Positions 58,860 to 64,000 of a DNA stretch of 64,000 nucleotides are shown piece by piece. The notes below the pieces were generated by a model. It was not told the origin of the DNA. It was given only the letters and a program-made list of their open reading frames with translations, and did not search any database. This stretch comes from a virus. A program made the translations under genes and the position numbers. The stretch's first letter is position 1, and each line of letters starts with the position of its first letter. The DNA is taken from positions 66,705 to 130,704 of IMG/VR virus record IMGVR_UViG_3300025789_001072; one strand, given 5' to 3'.

Positions 58860-59660
58860 ATGAAATTATTAATCACAGGCGGCAGCGGTTATATCGGCAA
58901 GTATCTTGTCAAGTATTATGCAGAGTATGGTCATCAGGTTTTAGCACCAAGCAGTAGTGAACTTGATTTAACAGACTTGGCGGCTACAGAACGCTATATG
59001 GCTGAACATCCAGTTGACTGTGTAATTAATGCTGCATTTTATGGTCGTGAAATTATTCACAATCCAGATGATAATTTTTATATTATAAACTCGGCAATGT
59101 TTAGTAACCTATTGAATCAATCACAACATTACAAGAAGTTTATCCATCTTGGCAGTGGTTATGAATACGATAACGAACGTAACATTGACTTTGCGGATGA
59201 AGATGATGTTCTATATGTAAAACCAAAACTGCCATATGCTGCGCTAAAGCACGAGCAAGCAATGCAGTTGCTTGAACGAGACAATTGCTATAATATACGA
59301 CTATTTGGATTAACGCATTATAGCGAACCAAGCAGCAGGTTCTTTCAACGATTGTTAAATGATGACAGAGTAATAATCAGTGAAGATCGCAGACATGATT
59401 TTTTTAATTTGGAAGATTTACCAACTGTTATTGATTTAGCATTGAACAATCAACTTAAACACAAAGCAATTAATTGTGTGTATGAAAACAAATATACCCT
59501 AAGCCAACAAGCACGGATATTCTGTGAGATTAAAGGGCTAGATTATAGCAAGGTTATCGTAGAGAATACAAGCAGCAGAGGTTATACTGGTAGTAATTTG
59601 CGAATTAAAGAGTATAACCTGCCACTGCTTGGATTAGAACTTGCGTTCTTACGGTATTAA
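58860..59660 (+). CDS. NAD-dependent epimerase/dehydratase/reductase
   Basis: ITGGSGYIG, INAA, YAALK, IRLFG. Confidence 0.9.
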   Translation: MKLLITGGSGYIGKYLVKYYAEYGHQVLAPSSSELDLTDLAATERYMAEHPVDCVINAAFYGREIIHNPDDNFYIINSAMFSNLLNQSQHYKKFIHLGSGYEYDNERNIDFADEDDVLYVKPKLPYAALKHEQAMQLLERDNCYNIRLFGLTHYSEPSSRFFQRLLNDDRVIISEDRRHDFFNLEDLPTVIDLALNNQLKHKAINCVYENKYTLSQQARIFCEIKGLDYSKVIVENTSSRGYTGSNLRIKEYNLPLLGLELAFLRY

Positions 59661-60626
59661 TTTACGTAGCATTGCGGCATAGTCAGCAAGAACGCTCTCA
59701 GCACTATAATCACGATATAGTTTTTCAAGCGGAGCCGTGCCTTGTGCAATGATTTCACGGATGCTCTTATCTTCAATAAAGATACTTGGCTCAACATTCC
59801 AGAAATTACGGAACTGATGACTCTTTGTCATAGCAATAGGACGACGAGCAGCCAACGCATAGTCAGGTGAACTTGCAATACCACAACCATCAAGATAATC
59901 ATAGAAGTAGCAGTTAATAGTGTTATGTGCTAACCAATCAACTACTTCATCTGTTTCCATAAGTTCATGACTAAATTGCAACTCAATGCCTGGTTTAGTA
60001 ATGATACTCTTTACTTCCTGAACACGAGCATTAGCGTTGCTGCCAGCATATCCGTGAATAAGGTCTACATAATACCCAAATGGAATATGCAGACGCAAGA
60101 TAGCCTCATCAAATTCTTCTTGAACCTTGTGAGCAAGACGAGCAATGCCTTTATGCGGCGGTCCAAAACCTTGGAAGCCAATGATAGGCTTGTCACCATC
60201 CTCATAAACATGAGTTGTGGTAGGCGGTAACAAACGATTAGTAATGAATACATGATCATTTCCTACTACGCTTGGATCGTCTGCAAGAATATATTGCCAA
60301 CCGTAATGATTATGTGGATCATAATTGTCTGCAAGTGCCTGATACATATCATGCATAATACGAACCTGTGGTACCGTAATTTCACTGCGTGGATGTGGCT
60401 GGTCCATCCAAGGAGTAGTGCCTGGTGCATAGTTATAGATGATTGCGCTTGGTTGCCAAGAGTTATAAGCAGCCATTACATCGCTCCAACCATCGGTATA
60501 TAGTACCTGAAACTCATACTCTTGGTGAGTAATGAGCGTGTTTCCAATAAGGTTTCCGATTAGTCCAATACCACACGCAGCCTTGTCGCCAAGGGTTTGT
60601 GTTACAAATAATACTCTAGGTTTCAT
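59649..60626 (-). CDS. Putative GT-B glycosyltransferase
   Basis: ACGIG, GFQGFG..HKG, GIASSPDYALAARRP. Confidence 0.6.
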   Translation of the reverse strand: MKPRVLFVTQTLGDKAACGIGLIGNLIGNTLITHQEYEFQVLYTDGWSDVMAAYNSWQPSAIIYNYAPGTTPWMDQPHPRSEITVPQVRIMHDMYQALADNYDPHNHYGWQYILADDPSVVGNDHVFITNRLLPPTTTHVYEDGDKPIIGFQGFGPPHKGIARLAHKVQEEFDEAILRLHIPFGYYVDLIHGYAGSNANARVQEVKSIITKPGIELQFSHELMETDEVVDWLAHNTINCYFYDYLDGCGIASSPDYALAARRPIAMTKSHQFRNFWNVEPSIFIEDKSIREIIAQGTAPLEKLYRDYSAESVLADYAAMLRKLIP

Positions 60627-61591
60627 TTTACTGCCTTTACTTGTTCTTCAATCCAATTATATGTTTTAGTTAATCCAGCATACAAATCTTGAGTAGGCAC
60701 CCAGTTTAGTTTTTCCCTAATAAGATCATTATTGCTGTTGCGACCACGAACACCTTGTGGTCCATCTATGTGCCTAATATTGATTGTCTTGTCTGCAATA
60801 GCACAAACTGTTAGCACAAGATCATTGATAGAAATAAGATAATCACTACCGATATTAACTGGACCTTCAAAATCACTATCCATTAGACGCATTACGCCTT
60901 CTACGCAATCATCAATGTGAAGGAATGAACGAGTTTGTAAACCATCACCCCACACTTCAATTGATTCCCCATCATTAGCCATTGCTACTTTACGGCAAAT
61001 TGCTGCTGGTGCCTTTTCTTTGCCACCTTGCCATGTTCCATGTTCACCAAAGATGTTGTGGAAACGTGCAATGCGATTACGCATACCATACTGACGATTA
61101 TAAGAAAGATAAAGTCGCTCACTAAACAATTTTTCCCAACCATATTCAGTATCAGGATGAGCAGGATATGCAGTATCTTCACGACAATCTGGATTCTGTG
61201 GGTCTACTTGATTGTATTCATTGTAAACGCAAGCACTGCTGCTAAAGAATACTTGACCAACTTCTTGACGACGAGCAGTATCTGCTACGTTAAGATTAAT
61301 CTTGGCACTGTTGCCCATGACATCAGCATCATTGTTGCCACTACCAATATAACCAACACCACCCATGTCAGCAGCAAGTTGAAATACACGATCAACCTTC
61401 TGGTCAATGATGAAATCAACTACCTGTGGGTTGCGACAATCGCCAATGAAAAACTCATCACATGCACTAGGTGCAAATTCAGGTTGTTTCAAGTCAACAC
61501 CCCGAACCCAATATCCATCTGCTTTTAATCTTTTAGCAATGTGACTGCCGATAAATCCGCCAGCACCAATAACAATTGCAGTTTTAGTCAT
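60623..61591 (-). CDS. GDP-mannose 3,5-epimerase-like SDR
   Basis: GAGGFIG, LAADMGG, SSACVY, YGWEK, GGKEKAPAA, GVRGRNS; start at MTKT. Confidence 0.9.
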   Translation of the reverse strand: MTKTAIVIGAGGFIGSHIAKRLKADGYWVRGVDLKQPEFAPSACDEFFIGDCRNPQVVDFIIDQKVDRVFQLAADMGGVGYIGSGNNDADVMGNSAKINLNVADTARRQEVGQVFFSSSACVYNEYNQVDPQNPDCREDTAYPAHPDTEYGWEKLFSERLYLSYNRQYGMRNRIARFHNIFGEHGTWQGGKEKAPAAICRKVAMANDGESIEVWGDGLQTRSFLHIDDCVEGVMRLMDSDFEGPVNIGSDYLISINDLVLTVCAIADKTINIRHIDGPQGVRGRNSNNDLIREKLNWVPTQDLYAGLTKTYNWIEEQVKAVK

Positions 61592-62513
61592 AATATCTAT
61601 CCAATACTGTTTCAAAATCTCGTATATAATTTTCGTTACTGTATAATTCACGAAATTCGTTTGTTGGTTCTAATCCACTTGCAACTGCATCACGAATTGA
61701 AACGCTTTCAGCAAGCAGTTGCGGTTTCCAATTCATATGACGATACATGTTACTGTCGCTTAGTAGCATAGGTTTCATGGCAGTTAGTCCGCTGTCCACA
61801 CAACTACTAATACCACGACCAGGTTGGGTGGCATATAAGAACATGTTGAGATCGTTATTATTCAAGAACTTTGCCAAACTATAGCGGTCTGGTATAAAAT
61901 CATGAGTAATATTAACCTTAACATTTGGTTTAGCGATAGCACGGCAATGGTCGGCAATGCTGTGAGCAAGACCACCTGTCATATCAACATAAGCACCATA
62001 TGAGATGTTAATGTTTACTTCAACACGTTCATCAAACTGAGCGTTGACTAGTTCAATAATACGTAGAAAGTTCTTGGTATGCTGACCAAAGCCAAATGAA
62101 CCAATCTTTAGCACTTCACCAGGTGGAGAATACACAATATCATCATAGAATATAAGTGGTCTGCCAACTGGACTATGTGTTTCAGTTGCCACAAAGGTTG
62201 GATCACAAACAAAATGATGATCTACATGAGAAAATACATTATAATTGTCATGACCAGTGATAACAAACTGTGGTATACCAGTGCGTTCAAGAACATAATT
62301 ACCTAACCAAGGCATTGTTGTTGGATGATGATTCCAAATAATACCGTCCACAATGGATTCTTCAAAGTAATTAAAGAATCCATTCTGGTGATCAACTTCG
62401 ACAAGTTCAAACTTATACTTCTTGCTTTGTTTAAGAATATTATAAGAAAACAAACCATAGGTATGAATCCCACAGTTTGTCTCACTATTCATTACAATTG
62501 CAATTTTACGCAT
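61584..62513 (-). CDS. Putative GT-B glycosyltransferase, paralogue of 59649..60626
   Basis: NCGIH, GSFGFG..TKN, GISSCVD; start at MRKI. Confidence 0.6.
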   Translation of the reverse strand: MRKIAIVMNSETNCGIHTYGLFSYNILKQSKKYKFELVEVDHQNGFFNYFEESIVDGIIWNHHPTTMPWLGNYVLERTGIPQFVITGHDNYNVFSHVDHHFVCDPTFVATETHSPVGRPLIFYDDIVYSPPGEVLKIGSFGFGQHTKNFLRIIELVNAQFDERVEVNINISYGAYVDMTGGLAHSIADHCRAIAKPNVKVNITHDFIPDRYSLAKFLNNNDLNMFLYATQPGRGISSCVDSGLTAMKPMLLSDSNMYRHMNWKPQLLAESVSIRDAVASGLEPTNEFRELYSNENYIRDFETVLDRYYD

Positions 62514-63417
62514 TCTTAAAACCGCTGACCTGTTTATTGTTATAAATGTCATTAATAGCAGTTTCAATAATTTTTACTGCTGGACTTGCAAATGTCGTGT
62601 TACTAAAACGAAAATCTGCCGCAATATCAAGACCATATGGCAACAAGTCTTCTGACTTATGACTAAAGTTTACAAATATCTTGCTCTTATCAAGAAGATT
62701 ATCCTTGGTATTAGCATATGTAAATGGTCCACTATTCTTACCAACCACTAAGTTTACCTTAGTCGATAGATAAGAGATATCACACAAATCACATGCATCG
62801 CTAAAGATATCGCCAGTAAAGATAACGTTGTCAAGTTTGGTGTCAAATTTTTCAGTAGCAACAAACGTATCATTGGTATGGTTTGCGGCAACATATTCAA
62901 TAATCTTCTGCATATTATCCATACTGCTTTGTGCACTCGCAACAGCACTATTGCAGAATAGATATACATTACCTGAAAATTTATAATTATCTACAGCAGC
63001 ACGATTATACTTACTATAATCAATCTGCGGCACATAATCCCATACATCATCACTTAGTTTGAGGTCGATGCCAAATTGCTGACGAAGATTATTGTAACAC
63101 TCGCCCACAATGCGGTGATGGCTAATGTAAGAAGGATGGGTGTTAGCCCATAATCCCATATATGATCCCACCCATGTATTAATAAGAATGGTATCGTCGT
63201 CACTGCCAAAGCGGTTCCACTGATTGATGCCATCAAGAACCGTCGCATTGTTTTCTTCATCTAGCGTCTCTACAAGGTCAATAATTGCACGAGGATTTTT
63301 CTTATGTGCATAATAGAAGTTTGATTGTGGCATCTGTCTCTTGATATCGGCAACCCATCCTCTTGTGGAGAATAGGTCACCGTAATGCCAATGATTGAAG
63401 AATACTATATTCTCCAT
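62506..63417 (-). CDS. Putative glycosyltransferase-like protein
   Basis: HWHYGDLF, VVGKNSGPF. Confidence 0.5.
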   Translation of the reverse strand: MENIVFFNHWHYGDLFSTRGWVADIKRQMPQSNFYYAHKKNPRAIIDLVETLDEENNATVLDGINQWNRFGSDDDTILINTWVGSYMGLWANTHPSYISHHRIVGECYNNLRQQFGIDLKLSDDVWDYVPQIDYSKYNRAAVDNYKFSGNVYLFCNSAVASAQSSMDNMQKIIEYVAANHTNDTFVATEKFDTKLDNVIFTGDIFSDACDLCDISYLSTKVNLVVGKNSGPFTYANTKDNLLDKSKIFVNFSHKSEDLLPYGLDIAADFRFSNTTFASPAVKIIETAINDIYNNKQVSGFKNA

Positions 63418-63420
63418 AGA

Positions 63421-64000
63421 TTATCCAATAACCTGAAAGGTTGGACATGGAACAACTAGTTTACCACCATTGGTGATAAAATCTTGCTCACGCTTGACAA
63501 ACTCATCAACAAAATGCCAAGGAAGAACAAGCAAGTAGTCTGGGTTTGCTGCTCGCATCTCTGCTTCACTTACGATTGGAATATTAGTTCCAACAGTCTG
63601 CAATCCAAACTTATAAGGTGAACGTTCAGCAATAGCCGTCATTAGGTCTGGTGTGATACCAAACAACTGTAGGAGAGTATTACCCTTAGTTGATGCACCA
63701 TAACCATAAACCTTCTTGCCTTCTGCCTTTGCCTGATGCAAGAAATCAAGAACCTGTGCCTTTAGCGATGCAATATTATCACCAAATGCCTTCCAATGTG
63801 TTTCATCAGTAATATCCCAAGCCTGTGCTTCATAAGCAAGAGTAGAATTGATGCGGAAATCACAAACATCACGAATCTGCTGAGTTGCAAAGGTCTTTTC
63901 ATCGCTATCAGCCTTCTGGAAGGTAACACGGAATGAACCACCATTAGTGTCATTAAGTGAGCAATCACGTAACACAAAACCTTCGCCTTCGAACAACTTC
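63421..64000 (-). CDS. NDP-hexose C-methyltransferase, C-terminal part (5' end beyond window)
   Basis: NGGSFR, YGASTKGNTLLQ, PYKFGLQTVGTNIPI, PDYLLVLPWHF. Confidence 0.88.
   Translation of the reverse strand, partial: KLFEGEGFVLRDCSLNDTNGGSFRVTFQKADSDEKTFATQQIRDVCDFRINSTLAYEAQAWDITDETHWKAFGDNIASLKAQVLDFLHQAKAEGKKVYGYGASTKGNTLLQLFGITPDLMTAIAERSPYKFGLQTVGTNIPIVSEAEMRAANPDYLLVLPWHFVDEFVKREQDFITNGGKLVVPCPTFQVIG

Noticed and set aside
1971-63977. Many short ORFs in the track that lie antisense to or nested in long genes (e.g. 3250..3798, 19318..19743, 61028..61528)
   Set aside because: Shadow frames of well-supported genes, with no RBS or recognisable motifs
1-64000. Stop-codon reassignment as in some large phages
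   Set aside because: Conserved genes are full length in the standard code, and no suppressor tRNA was seen

Overview
This window is a 64-kb segment of a large, AT-rich T4-like (myovirus/jumbo-type) dsDNA phage genome, coded almost entirely on the minus strand. Core genes include nrdA/nrdB, glutaredoxin, a DnaB-type helicase, primase, UvsW, an exonuclease, PAAR, a tail spike/fibre, head-associated proteins and TAAATA late promoters. A host-takeover cluster carries clpS, hsp20 with a ROSE-like thermometer, guaC, rpsU and a circularly permuted two-piece tmRNA (tag ANDNALIEMALVA). Two tRNAs are also present. The tmRNA type, the ROSE-like element and two PhaR-like boxes point to a proteobacterial, probably alphaproteobacterial, host (inference). 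Many very AT-rich tailoring-enzyme genes sit between core genes: 7 SGNH-like paralogues, 3 radical SAM enzymes, 3 DUF6492-like glycosyltransferases, methyltransferases and a PIG-L deacetylase. There is also a carbamoyltransferase and an NDP-sugar cluster. Four of the inserted cassettes are flanked by 16-29 bp direct repeats that duplicate a neighbouring promoter, RBS or gene end. Other highlights are an unassigned ~200-nt structured RNA, a 186-aa minimal DnaE, and a modular nucleotidyltransferase-ParB head polyprotein. All calls come from motif reading by eye; no database searches were run.
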